Origin: Candidatus Doudnabacteria bacterium
GTDB lineage: Bacteria; Patescibacteriota; Doudnabacteria; UBA920; O2-02-FULL-48-8
NCBI GenBank assembly: GCA_016199215.1
Contig: JACQHB010000009.1
Span: 4,905 to 68,904 of the forward strand
Direction of reading: 5' to 3'
DNA: 64,000 nucleotides
Shown one piece after another: positions 50,785 through 59,199 of the stretch (the first letter of the stretch is position 1; each line of letters starts with the position of its first letter). The position numbers and the translations under genes were made by a program. Below the pieces are notes generated by a model. That model did no database searches, had not been told where the DNA came from, and was given only the letters and a program-made list of their open reading frames with translations.

Positions 50785-51901
50785 GCATTGCGGTTGGGGA
50801 AGCGAAAGCTTTCTCACCGCGATGCCAGGAGGTTTCCTGAACTAATTTGAGATTAGGATCTGCTTCAAAGTTTTTGACTTTGATTTTTTTGTTTTTATAT
50901 CGATAATAAGCGGCCAGCCCGATCATACCTGCATTATCAGTGGCGAATTCAGGATCCGGAACAACTGATCTGATCCGGTGCTTTTCCCCAAGCAATTTGA
51001 AATTTTTTCTTAGAAGTTCGTTTGCTGAAACTCCGCCGCCAAGCATAATTGTCCTGGGATGGAATTTTTTTATGGCTTGTTCGGTTTTTGAAATCAAGAC
51101 ATCCACTATGGCTTGCTGGACTGAAGCCGCAAGATTTTTCCTGGTTTTGTTGTCCAACTTTTTGCTCGATCGAGCAATGTTTTGGACAGTGTAAAGGACG
51201 GCTGTTTTGAGCCCTGAAAAGCTAAAGGACAAATTGTTGCTTTTGATCATTGGTCTGGGGAAATCGAATGTTTTGGGGTTGCCTTTTTTCGCCAGGGCTG
51301 AAATCCTAGGGCCGCCAGGATAGCCAAGGCCTAAAATTTTTGCGCTTTTGTCAAATGCCTCACCAGCGGCGTCATCCAAAGTTTCCCCCACGATTTTAAA
51401 ATTCCCGTGGCCCTTCATAATCACTAGCAAAGTGTGCCCGCCAGAAACGATGAGGATTAAGGCGGGGAATATTTGATTTTTGAATTTTGATTTTTGAATT
51501 TTGCCAGCGAAGTTGGAATAGATGTGCGCTTCAAGATGATTTATGGGAACGACAGGAATATCCAAAGCAATACCTAAAGTTTTTGCTGTCTGTACCCCGA
51601 CCATTAATGAAGTGATCAACCCAGGGCCTTGGGTAACCGCGATTAAATCAACATTTTTCAATTCTTTTCCAGCCTGTTTTAGAGCAAGTTTGACGCAGGG
51701 AATAATTACAGGCACGTGATTGCGGGCAGCCACTTCCGGAATCACTCCGCCGTGACGGGAGTGAATTGTGGTCTGGGAGGCGACAATATTGGACCTGATG
51801 CGAGGGTAACCCTCGGAACGAGGGTTACCCTCGATGACGGCAGCGGCTGTTTCGTCGCAGCTTGATTCGAGGGCTAAAATAGTTTTAAATTTTTTAGACA
51901 T
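50777..51901 (-). CDS. tsaD: tRNA t6A transferase TsaD
   Basis: ILALESSCDET, GGVIPEVAARNH, HLEAH, VSGGHT, DDAAGEAFDK and TDNAGMI. Confidence 0.96.
   Translation of the reverse strand: MSKKFKTILALESSCDETAAAVIEGNPRSEGYPRIRSNIVASQTTIHSRHGGVIPEVAARNHVPVIIPCVKLALKQAGKELKNVDLIAVTQGPGLITSLMVGVQTAKTLGIALDIPVVPINHLEAHIYSNFAGKIQKSKFKNQIFPALILIVSGGHTLLVIMKGHGNFKIVGETLDDAAGEAFDKSAKILGLGYPGGPRISALAKKGNPKTFDFPRPMIKSNNLSFSFSGLKTAVLYTVQNIARSSKKLDNKTRKNLAASVQQAIVDVLISKTEQAIKKFHPRTIMLGGGVSANELLRKNFKLLGEKHRIRSVVPDPEFATDNAGMIGLAAYYRYKNKKIKVKNFEADPNLKLVQETSWHRGEKAFASPTAMPM
51801..51833. repeat. Perfect 15-bp inverted repeat in frame in tsaD
   Basis: cgagggtaaccctcg-gaa-cgagggttaccctcg; each arm is itself a hairpin. 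Confidence 0.8.
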
Positions 51902-51958
51902 GGGGTAATTATATAGAAAACCGCCTGGAGTTCCAAGCGGTTTCGCTTTGGCTATGCC

Positions 51959-52297
51959 CTAATATCTGGGCACAGGCCGTGAAATTTGGGTTAGGCTGAT
52001 AATCGCCCACGCAATCAGCCAATAAACAATTAAGGCGATCAGGGTAGTCCATTCGAAAATTCCCCCAGTTCCGGCTGTGGCAGTTGAGCGGACGATTCCT
52101 GCAAACGGATCAACGAGGGGTTGTGTTATTGAATAAATGAAATTTGTAAAGCCAGCCGTGGGCGCTGCTGCCAGGAGACGAAGAATAATTCTGATTACCA
52201 GTAAGGCTTCAATCACTCCGGCAATAAACCATATTACCCTAGCCACGATTATTTGTCCGGGCATTCTTGGAGGAGCTTGATAAATTTCTTCTGCCAT
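51959..52297 (-). CDS. YggT-like membrane protein
   Basis: IRIILRLL, FIYSITQPLVDPFAGI and two TM segments. Confidence 0.75.
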   Translation of the reverse strand: MAEEIYQAPPRMPGQIIVARVIWFIAGVIEALLVIRIILRLLAAAPTAGFTNFIYSITQPLVDPFAGIVRSTATAGTGGIFEWTTLIALIVYWLIAWAIISLTQISRPVPRY

Positions 52298-52367
52298 ATT
52301 TTTTCCTTCCTTTTAGCGGTTTCATTTTATTTTGGAGTACAAAAAAACTTCGCACAATAGTGCGAAA

Positions 52368-53282
52368 TTACAGCTTTATTGCAATTTTTTTTGATTTCAA
52401 ATAAAAGTAAGCTATTACCGCGAAAGTGACGAGAGGGGAGACCCAACTGGGGATATGAAAGCCAAAGGAGTCCAAAATCATTATTACTCCGAGGAATAGA
52501 ACCGAGTACATAGCACCGTTTTTTAGATAAAGATATTTTTTTATCCGTCCAATATTACCGATCGTGATTTGTCTCACGACCAGGGCGCCTAATCCGTTCC
52601 CGAGAATAATCAGCGGAATAGAAAAAGTAAAAGCGAAAGCACCCAACACGCCGTCAATCGAGAATGTGGTATCGATAACTTCCAAATACATAATCTTGCT
52701 AATATCTGTAAGCCCTTGGTTCATCAAATTGCGTTCGCTGGCTTCAGCGTTTTCTTTGAATCCGTGAATAATAAAAAAGGCCGTGGAGCCGACTACCGCG
52801 CCGAAAGCCATGAATGGATTGATTTTTAAGGCAAACCAGACTAATCCCGCCAGAAGGATGGAGACAACGGCGTAAAACCATACTCCTTGCCGATGGAAAA
52901 ACTTTTCCCCATACAGGCCATAATTTTTTGGTTCTAAAAATAACCAATGAAAAAAGAGGAAAATCAAAAACGTGCCCCCGCCCACTAGAAGCAGGGGAGC
53001 CGTCTGTTCAATCGCTTCAATTACCTTAGGGTCATTGCTAAAGGTGGCTGTAAGAGAGCCTAAAAACCCCAAGGAAGGAGTTGTGGCCCAAATAATGACC
53101 CAGGGAAGAGCGCCTCTGACTATAAAGACAGCAAATAACAAGCCCCAGAACAAAAACCATCTGCGGGCTTTTTGGCCCATAGTAGAAAGGACCTCGGCAT
53201 TGATCACGGCGTTGTCAATGCTGCTGACTGTTTCAAACAAAGAAAGGCCGGCGATAGTTAAGATGATTGAAAAAAAGTTCAT
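52368..53282 (-). CDS. DUF475/TerC-like integral membrane protein
   Basis: SIDNAVINA, YLEVIDTTFSIDGVLGAFA and YLKNGAMYS. Confidence 0.85.
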   Translation of the reverse strand: MNFFSIILTIAGLSLFETVSSIDNAVINAEVLSTMGQKARRWFLFWGLLFAVFIVRGALPWVIIWATTPSLGFLGSLTATFSNDPKVIEAIEQTAPLLLVGGGTFLIFLFFHWLFLEPKNYGLYGEKFFHRQGVWFYAVVSILLAGLVWFALKINPFMAFGAVVGSTAFFIIHGFKENAEASERNLMNQGLTDISKIMYLEVIDTTFSIDGVLGAFAFTFSIPLIILGNGLGALVVRQITIGNIGRIKKYLYLKNGAMYSVLFLGVIMILDSFGFHIPSWVSPLVTFAVIAYFYLKSKKIAIKL

Positions 53283-53468
53283 ATAGCCCGACCTTAATTA
53301 TAGTTTAAATCGCCAGAGTTTCCAAAAGTTGACAAACATTTTGCTTGTGTTTATTATAAGCAGTAATGGCTGAATATAAAGGAAACAATCTGAAAATTAT
53401 TCCAACAGAATTCGATCAGTAAAGACCGGAGCGATTCGGTCTTTTTTCTTGCGAAAAAAGGAGGGATA

Positions 53469-53801
53469 GTGGTTGAACATGAAGGACTTACGCCGCTTCA
53501 GCAGCAGGCAATGGCGGTGTGGGAAGCCGCGAAACAAAACATTGCCCAGGCATTGAAATTGGGATCGGGGCAAGAATGGCCTGATGGGATGGTCGTGAAT
53601 GCCAATGGCCATGCTTGTTCCGTGGGATCAGGCGAGTTTGGGCACTTCGAAGTCATTCACCCCGTAACCAGACGAAGCGTTCCTGTGTTGTTCCGCGAAG
53701 GTGACACGATGCGGGCCCTTGCAAGCCAGCTCGTGAGTAAGCCCGCGACCTTCGTTCGATACCAGATTAGGCCGGGGTTGAGGAGAGCGCCAGAGTTTTG
53801 A
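53469..53801 (+). CDS. Hypothetical protein (GC-richer islet)
   Basis: SD aaggagg before GTG; TTGACA-17-TATTAT promoter at 53329-53357; downstream hairpin. Confidence 0.65.
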   Translation: MVEHEGLTPLQQQAMAVWEAAKQNIAQALKLGSGQEWPDGMVVNANGHACSVGSGEFGHFEVIHPVTRRSVPVLFREGDTMRALASQLVSKPATFVRYQIRPGLRRAPEF

Positions 53802-53917
53802 TGCTCCCATAGGGGCTTGTCGAAGCCGGGGCTTAGGACTCATAGTCCATGCCTCGGCTTACGTATTTGTAGGCTTGAATTAATTCCGGTTTTTCGATAT
53901 ACTATCCTAGCTTTATC

Positions 53918-53992
53918 GGCCCTATCGTCTAACGGTTAGGACAGCGGGTTTTCAGTCCGCTAATCTGGGTTCGATTCCCAGTAGGGTCACCA
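53918..53992 (+). tRNA. tRNA-Glu (TTC)
   Basis: Acceptor ggcccta/tagggtc, anticodon loop ttTTCag, T-loop gttcgattc, encoded CCA. Confidence 0.95.
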
Positions 53993-54190
53993 AGAATTTA
54001 AAAAAGCTTAGTTAAGGGAATCGAACGGGTTGAAGCGAGACGAGGCATCAGCCGAAGTCGAGCGATCGATTTTGATTAAGTATCAAAATCGCAACCCACG
54101 ACACGATCACGCCAGTGATCGTTGAAGATTCCCAGTAGGGTCACCAAAGAATTTAGAAAAGCTTAGTTAAGGGAATCGAACGGGTTGAAG
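53973..54190 (+). repeat. Direct repeat of the tRNA 3' end plus trailer (53973-54035 and 54127-54190) around a structured spacer
   Basis: gattcccagtagggtcacca...gcttagttaagggaatcgaacgggttgaag occurs twice, nearly identical. Confidence 0.88.
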
Positions 54191-54500
54191 GAGACAAGTA
54201 TTAAAATTTAGCTTTTAGATATTAAGCGCAATGTTAGCGTTTTTTATTTTGACCGCCTTTGTTCCATGTTAACCATAATTTGCTTGCAATACAGCGAAAA
54301 AATTGTTTGAATATTACAAACGCGGCAGGGAATCCATGCTGTTTAATTACGGATAAAATTGCTTATCCACAAAAATTCACATTAAGACCTAACCGTGGGC
54401 TAAAAAGAGAGCAAATAACAATATATAGAAGTATTAAATAACAATTATCAAATGACGAAAAGCAAATTATTATGCTTAAACGTAATAGTCAATTTTTCCC

Positions 54501-54713
54501 ATGTTTGAAGAAAAAATGACGAATTGTCCCCAGTGCCGTAAGCCGATTTTGAAAAAAGGAGTATTTTCCTCTCCTGTCCAATTCGATATGCGGTGCCCAT
54601 GGTGCCAGACAAATCTTAAAGTAACGATTGAGGCGAAAATCGTCACCCAGATTATTAGCACTCCGGCGGAAGAAAAAATAGCCCAGTTAGGGAATAATTT
54701 TACAAACATTTAA
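54501..54713 (+). CDS. Small C4 zinc-finger protein resembling phage Mu Com
   Basis: CPQCRKPILK...MRCPWC spacing matches the Com family pattern. Confidence 0.7.
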   Translation: MFEEKMTNCPQCRKPILKKGVFSSPVQFDMRCPWCQTNLKVTIEAKIVTQIISTPAEEKIAQLGNNFTNI

Positions 54714-54753
54714 AAATTGAAAATGAGCGGACCACGAGCGCCGCGGGAGCACG

Positions 54754-54811
54754 AGAGCCCATCTTAAGTCGACAATCTTTAGAATTGTCGCTTGTGATGG
54801 GCTCTTTTTTT
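54754..54811 (+). terminator. Intrinsic terminator/attenuator upstream of the secreted-protein genes
   Basis: agagcccatc/gatgggctct stem with inner cgacaat/attgtcg stem and a T7 tract. Confidence 0.75.
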
Positions 54812-54889
54812 ACCCAAAAGTAAAGGTCGGATTGGGTAAAATAATAGCTTAAAGATTAATCTTTAAAACTATTAATCAAAGGAAAATAT

Positions 54890-55483
54890 ATGAAAAAAGT
54901 AATTGGTGGTTTAAGCCTTCTGGCTCTGATGGCTCTGGCCTTGCCCGCGGGAGCAGCGAATATTGAGAGCATTAATGACAGCTCGGTTGCCAAGATCAAG
55001 TATCGATTAATGTTGAATATTTCAAGCTCTAACAATAATTTGGCCGCGATTGATAACCAGGTGACCGCCACCTCGAACAGCGGCGGCAACACTATTGAAT
55101 CAGCTGGTTTTCAATCAGGCACCGTATTGACCACGGGTGAGGCAGGCGCGGTTACCGAAATTGATAATACCGCGAACAGCATTGAGCTTGATTCTTCGAC
55201 TGAAGTCGAATTCGGGAGCGAAAACGATCAAATTCTAAGTGTAAACGGAAGCTCGACGGCCAAGGTCAAAAATACCCAAGATATTGTCGAGGGATTCGCC
55301 AATCTTAATGATGTCTCAGTCCTCAACGTGGGCACCGCAGTTGCCAATAGCGGTGAAAACCAGACTGTCTCAGAAGAGGGGTTACAGAATTCTGAAATCA
55401 GAGCGGGTAACGCCATTACCGCAAGCGTTGTGGCCAACCGTTTCAACCGCATCAGCCAAGTCCTTACCAGAATAGTAAGGTAG
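54890..55483 (+). CDS. Secreted Asn/Ser-rich repeat protein
   Basis: Signal peptide (ALPAGA) and two NSGxN...(T/A)GxA repeats. Confidence 0.8.
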   Translation: MKKVIGGLSLLALMALALPAGAANIESINDSSVAKIKYRLMLNISSSNNNLAAIDNQVTATSNSGGNTIESAGFQSGTVLTTGEAGAVTEIDNTANSIELDSSTEVEFGSENDQILSVNGSSTAKVKNTQDIVEGFANLNDVSVLNVGTAVANSGENQTVSEEGLQNSEIRAGNAITASVVANRFNRISQVLTRIVR

Positions 55484-55538
55484 TTATAAATTGCCAAGCG
55501 GGAAAAATTTTCCCGCTTGGCAGCAGTCTTAAATCCAA

Positions 55539-58280
55539 ATGAAATACTTTATTGGTTTAATCCTAATCTTTTCTATAATATTTGCTCCTGTTTTGTCTTT
55601 GGCTGAAACAAGCGCGGTCCCAAATGAGTGTGGAATCCAAGAAAACCAGGTCCAAGCCTTGGGGGACGCCGAAGGTGAGCCTGTTTCCATCCAAGAACCT
55701 CAAGTCGGGTCAGAAACGGGAGTTGTCAGCGATACGCCCGCGGAAATTCCAGCCTCGCCAACTGGCCAGGAATTAAGCCAGGAACCGATCCAAGCGCCTG
55801 ATGCGTCGTTAACTCCGGCAGAGGAGCAGCCTTTGATTCAAGAACCCGTCGAAGAAACGGTTCCTGAAGAAATTCCAAGCCAGGAGCCGGTTATCCAGCC
55901 GGAGCAAACTATTGTGGATTGTATGGTGATAGAAAACGAGAATTTAGCCGATATTTTGAATAACACAGAAGTTGGAGCAGCAAGCGGCGGAAACCAAATC
56001 AGCGCCAGCAACGAATCCGAAAACGATGTCAGCGTTAATCAGGCTGCGATTGAAACCGGCGAGATAAACGTGTATGCCAACGTGGTAAATATAGTCAACA
56101 GCACACAGTTTAATTCCAAAATCACGCAAATTACCGAGGAGTTTAATAATTTGGCCGCGGACTTGGTTTTTAATCAGATGGAAACAGAGCCTGCCGAAAT
56201 CTCCAGGGATTTGTTGGCGGGGCTTTGCGGAGAAGATGTTCTCTGCCAAAGTGTTACCACATTTAAGCTAAGCAATAAAAATATTGCCAAGGTTGAAAAC
56301 AACGTGCAGGTTGAGGGCGATTCAGGAAATAACGGCATTGCCGGGGTTGAAGGCGAGGCAACTATTCAAACCGGCTCGGTCAATGCCTTAGTCAACATTT
56401 TGAACATTGTGAATGCCAATTTGATCAACTCCCGCTGGACGATCGCCACTTTTAATATTTTCGGTGATTTCAAGGGCGATTTAGTCCTGCCTTCTGAGCT
56501 TTATTTTCAGGGTTTCGGCAGCGGAGGAGGCCAGTCAAATTATCAAATAAACCAGTCCAACAAGATTGTTCTTGACATAGCCAATGATAATTACGCGCTG
56601 CTGACTAATGACGTACAAAGCACGGCCCAGTCAGGAGATAATACCATAACCGGCGAAACAGCGCAGGACACATTGGTCGAAACCGGCGATTCTGTAAGTG
56701 TTGTGAACACCCAGAACTTTCTAAACACGACCTTGATTAATCAGAACTGGTTTTTGGGGATTGTGAACACGGTTGGAGAATGGACAGGGGGAGTCTATTC
56801 CCTCCCTGACGAGGTCCAGATGACGCAGACTCCATTAGGAATGACGTTTTTTTCCACTTCTTCCAATGACGCGGAATTAAACAGCCAGTTTGAGGATTTG
56901 ATGTCTGAAGTTGCTGAAGGAAAAGAGGTAGTGATCGAAATTGAGAATTCAAATGAAGCTGAAATCAACAACCAGATTCAAATAGACGCCAATTCGGGGA
57001 ATAATGAGATTGTTGGCGCAAACTTGGCAAATTCAAGAATTATTACTGGGCAGACCTTGGCCCTTGCCAATATCTTTAATTTTGCCAACCTTAATTTAAT
57101 TAATTCCAATCTCTATCTTTCCTTTACCAATATTTTTGGCCCATGGGACGGAAACGTGGTATTTGGATATCCGGATTTGGCCGTGGAACACAGCATGCTT
57201 GAGGAATTTTTGCCCATTGAGAAAGGGGCGGTCGTAAATTTCCGGGTCGCATACAGAAATTTAGCGGCTTCGTCCATGGAAGATTCAAGAATATTTATGA
57301 ATTTCAATCCGGATTTTTTTGAATATAACCAAAGCAGCCTGCCGGGAGCCGAATCAGGATCAGGGGTTATAGAGTTTAACATGGGCAAGCTGCCCCCGAA
57401 AATGGAAGGAGAATTTTTTGTCCAAATGGCGCTTGCAAGAGATTTAAGATATTCAGAGGACACGGAAACAATTACCCAAATATCGGGAACCGGGCCGGAA
57501 AAAGAACTTGGCAACAACAGGTTTGCCGCATTTAGCACTACCGGGACAAGGCCGCATAACCCGCCGCCTCCGGTGCAGATTCAAGAAGCGTCCTCTTCCA
57601 AGGTTTCGACGATGAAAAATGTTTTAATATCAAAAACCAACGATTCCGCGGGAAAAACTCTTAAGATCGGCGATCAGGTGATTTTTACTATCAAAATTAA
57701 AAACAACAACGAATCAAATCTTCAGGACGTTGTAATTAAAGATACTTTAAAAGGCCCCGATGATCAAGTAGTTTCGATTGAGAATTACGGGTTAGGCGAT
57801 GTTTTTCCGCAAGAAGAAATTACTTATGCCTATACTTTGGTCATAACTGCCGAAGTCAGTCCGGGAGTCTATTCCAACGCGGTTTTTTTGGAGGGAGTCA
57901 GCAGCAACGGTGAAAAAGAAACCAGTTCTGAAGCAACAAGTACTTTCCAGATTGCCGAGAGAGAGGCGACAGTTGCCCCGATCCCTGTTGTTTCCAATGA
58001 TAATTTGATCGTAGCTGAACAACCACCAGCCATTCAGAAAATTCGACCTCGAAAGAATACAAATCCAACACTTGGATTGGTCCTGGGCGCAGTCGAGACC
58101 GTAAACTCTGGTTTGGAAAGCGATATTTTTCCCTCTTTTAGATTAGATTCCAACGAATTGCCGGAAGAGGCAAATCCGACTTTTAATTGGAATCTTGCGA
58201 TCTTTAGTTTTTGGCTGATCCTTAGCCTTGTATTGTTTTATTTTTACTGGCGGAAAAGGAAATTAACGAAACAGAATTAA
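55539..58280 (+). CDS. Large secreted, C-terminally anchored repeat protein with DUF11/Ig-like domains
   Basis: Signal peptide, four SGxN..I.TG repeats, GDQVIFTIKIKN and a C-terminal TM with basic tail. Confidence 0.82.
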   Translation: MKYFIGLILIFSIIFAPVLSLAETSAVPNECGIQENQVQALGDAEGEPVSIQEPQVGSETGVVSDTPAEIPASPTGQELSQEPIQAPDASLTPAEEQPLIQEPVEETVPEEIPSQEPVIQPEQTIVDCMVIENENLADILNNTEVGAASGGNQISASNESENDVSVNQAAIETGEINVYANVVNIVNSTQFNSKITQITEEFNNLAADLVFNQMETEPAEISRDLLAGLCGEDVLCQSVTTFKLSNKNIAKVENNVQVEGDSGNNGIAGVEGEATIQTGSVNALVNILNIVNANLINSRWTIATFNIFGDFKGDLVLPSELYFQGFGSGGGQSNYQINQSNKIVLDIANDNYALLTNDVQSTAQSGDNTITGETAQDTLVETGDSVSVVNTQNFLNTTLINQNWFLGIVNTVGEWTGGVYSLPDEVQMTQTPLGMTFFSTSSNDAELNSQFEDLMSEVAEGKEVVIEIENSNEAEINNQIQIDANSGNNEIVGANLANSRIITGQTLALANIFNFANLNLINSNLYLSFTNIFGPWDGNVVFGYPDLAVEHSMLEEFLPIEKGAVVNFRVAYRNLAASSMEDSRIFMNFNPDFFEYNQSSLPGAESGSGVIEFNMGKLPPKMEGEFFVQMALARDLRYSEDTETITQISGTGPEKELGNNRFAAFSTTGTRPHNPPPPVQIQEASSSKVSTMKNVLISKTNDSAGKTLKIGDQVIFTIKIKNNNESNLQDVVIKDTLKGPDDQVVSIENYGLGDVFPQEEITYAYTLVITAEVSPGVYSNAVFLEGVSSNGEKETSSEATSTFQIAEREATVAPIPVVSNDNLIVAEQPPAIQKIRPRKNTNPTLGLVLGAVETVNSGLESDIFPSFRLDSNELPEEANPTFNWNLAIFSFWLILSLVLFYFYWRKRKLTKQN

Positions 58281-58925
58281 AATTAGGATTAGCCCCAAAA
58301 GCAATCTAAAGTATGAGGCTGATTGCCTAAACCGGTATATCCTAAGATAAGCCTCCAGAAAATTTATCGTAACCAAAACCACGGCGCTGCCGAACATCAC
58401 CGTAATCAAGATATCAAGATTGGGAATTAAAGTTTCTGAAGAAGTCTTATCTGTCAAAAACTTCAGCCCAACCGCTAGCAAGGCCGGGATGCTTAGGGTA
58501 AAAGCAATTTTTGCCAAAGCCCTGCTTTCCTTGTCGGAACCAACCGCCACTTTGAATGCTGGTGTAAGAAACCCCAAAACAGCATAGGCGGCAAATAGGA
58601 TCTTTTCGGAATGCTGAGCGTGTTTTAAATACCTCAGCCTTTTAAGAAACTCAGCTACCCCAAACGATACTGTGGCTGTTAAGAGCAGTTGCAAGCTTAT
58701 CAGAATTAATTTATGATTTAAATCTTGGGTGGTCGATAAGAATAGGACCAGAGATATCGGCAAGGTCATGAACATCAAGACCAAACCCACGTCATCATTA
58801 TTGCGTGAGTAATAGGGGGATTTTTTTGCAAACAAGCGGTAAAGAATAATCTTGATGGCGTGTTTGGTTTCAGGCCATGAATAAACAATCGTGAACAGGA
58901 TAGAGAATAAGATTAGTCTGGCCAT
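58263..58925 (-). CDS. Membrane protein, distant/degenerate UppP (BacA)-like
   Basis: AKIAFTLSIPALL and YFRLLLG resemble the UppP C-terminal half; catalytic motifs not seen. Confidence 0.5.
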   Translation of the reverse strand: MARLILFSILFTIVYSWPETKHAIKIILYRLFAKKSPYYSRNNDDVGLVLMFMTLPISLVLFLSTTQDLNHKLILISLQLLLTATVSFGVAEFLKRLRYLKHAQHSEKILFAAYAVLGFLTPAFKVAVGSDKESRALAKIAFTLSIPALLAVGLKFLTDKTSSETLIPNLDILITVMFGSAVVLVTINFLEAYLRIYRFRQSASYFRLLLGLILILILFR

Positions 58926-59199
58926 ACCTCAGCTGGTTTTAATATAAACGCTAAAGTATAGCCGATTTTCACCCGATTGTCAACCCCGCGGCAAAAGCAT
59001 CGATGTTGTATTACGGGGTCAAGGCTTGGGGCCAAGCATTTTTTTTATCTCTTGAGAAAGCGATATGAATAAACTTATGATAATATTCCTAATTCCTTCT
59101 AAAATTTCCAATAATGACTGCATATTTTTAGACAATATTACGATTTGCTTTAATTCCCAAACCTCTTTAAACTAGAGCTTAAGGAAGCATTAAAACATT

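Noticed and set aside
53973-54190. CRISPR array or prophage att pair
   Set aside because: Only two ~63-bp copies derived from the tRNA end, with no cas genes, integrase or cargo between them.
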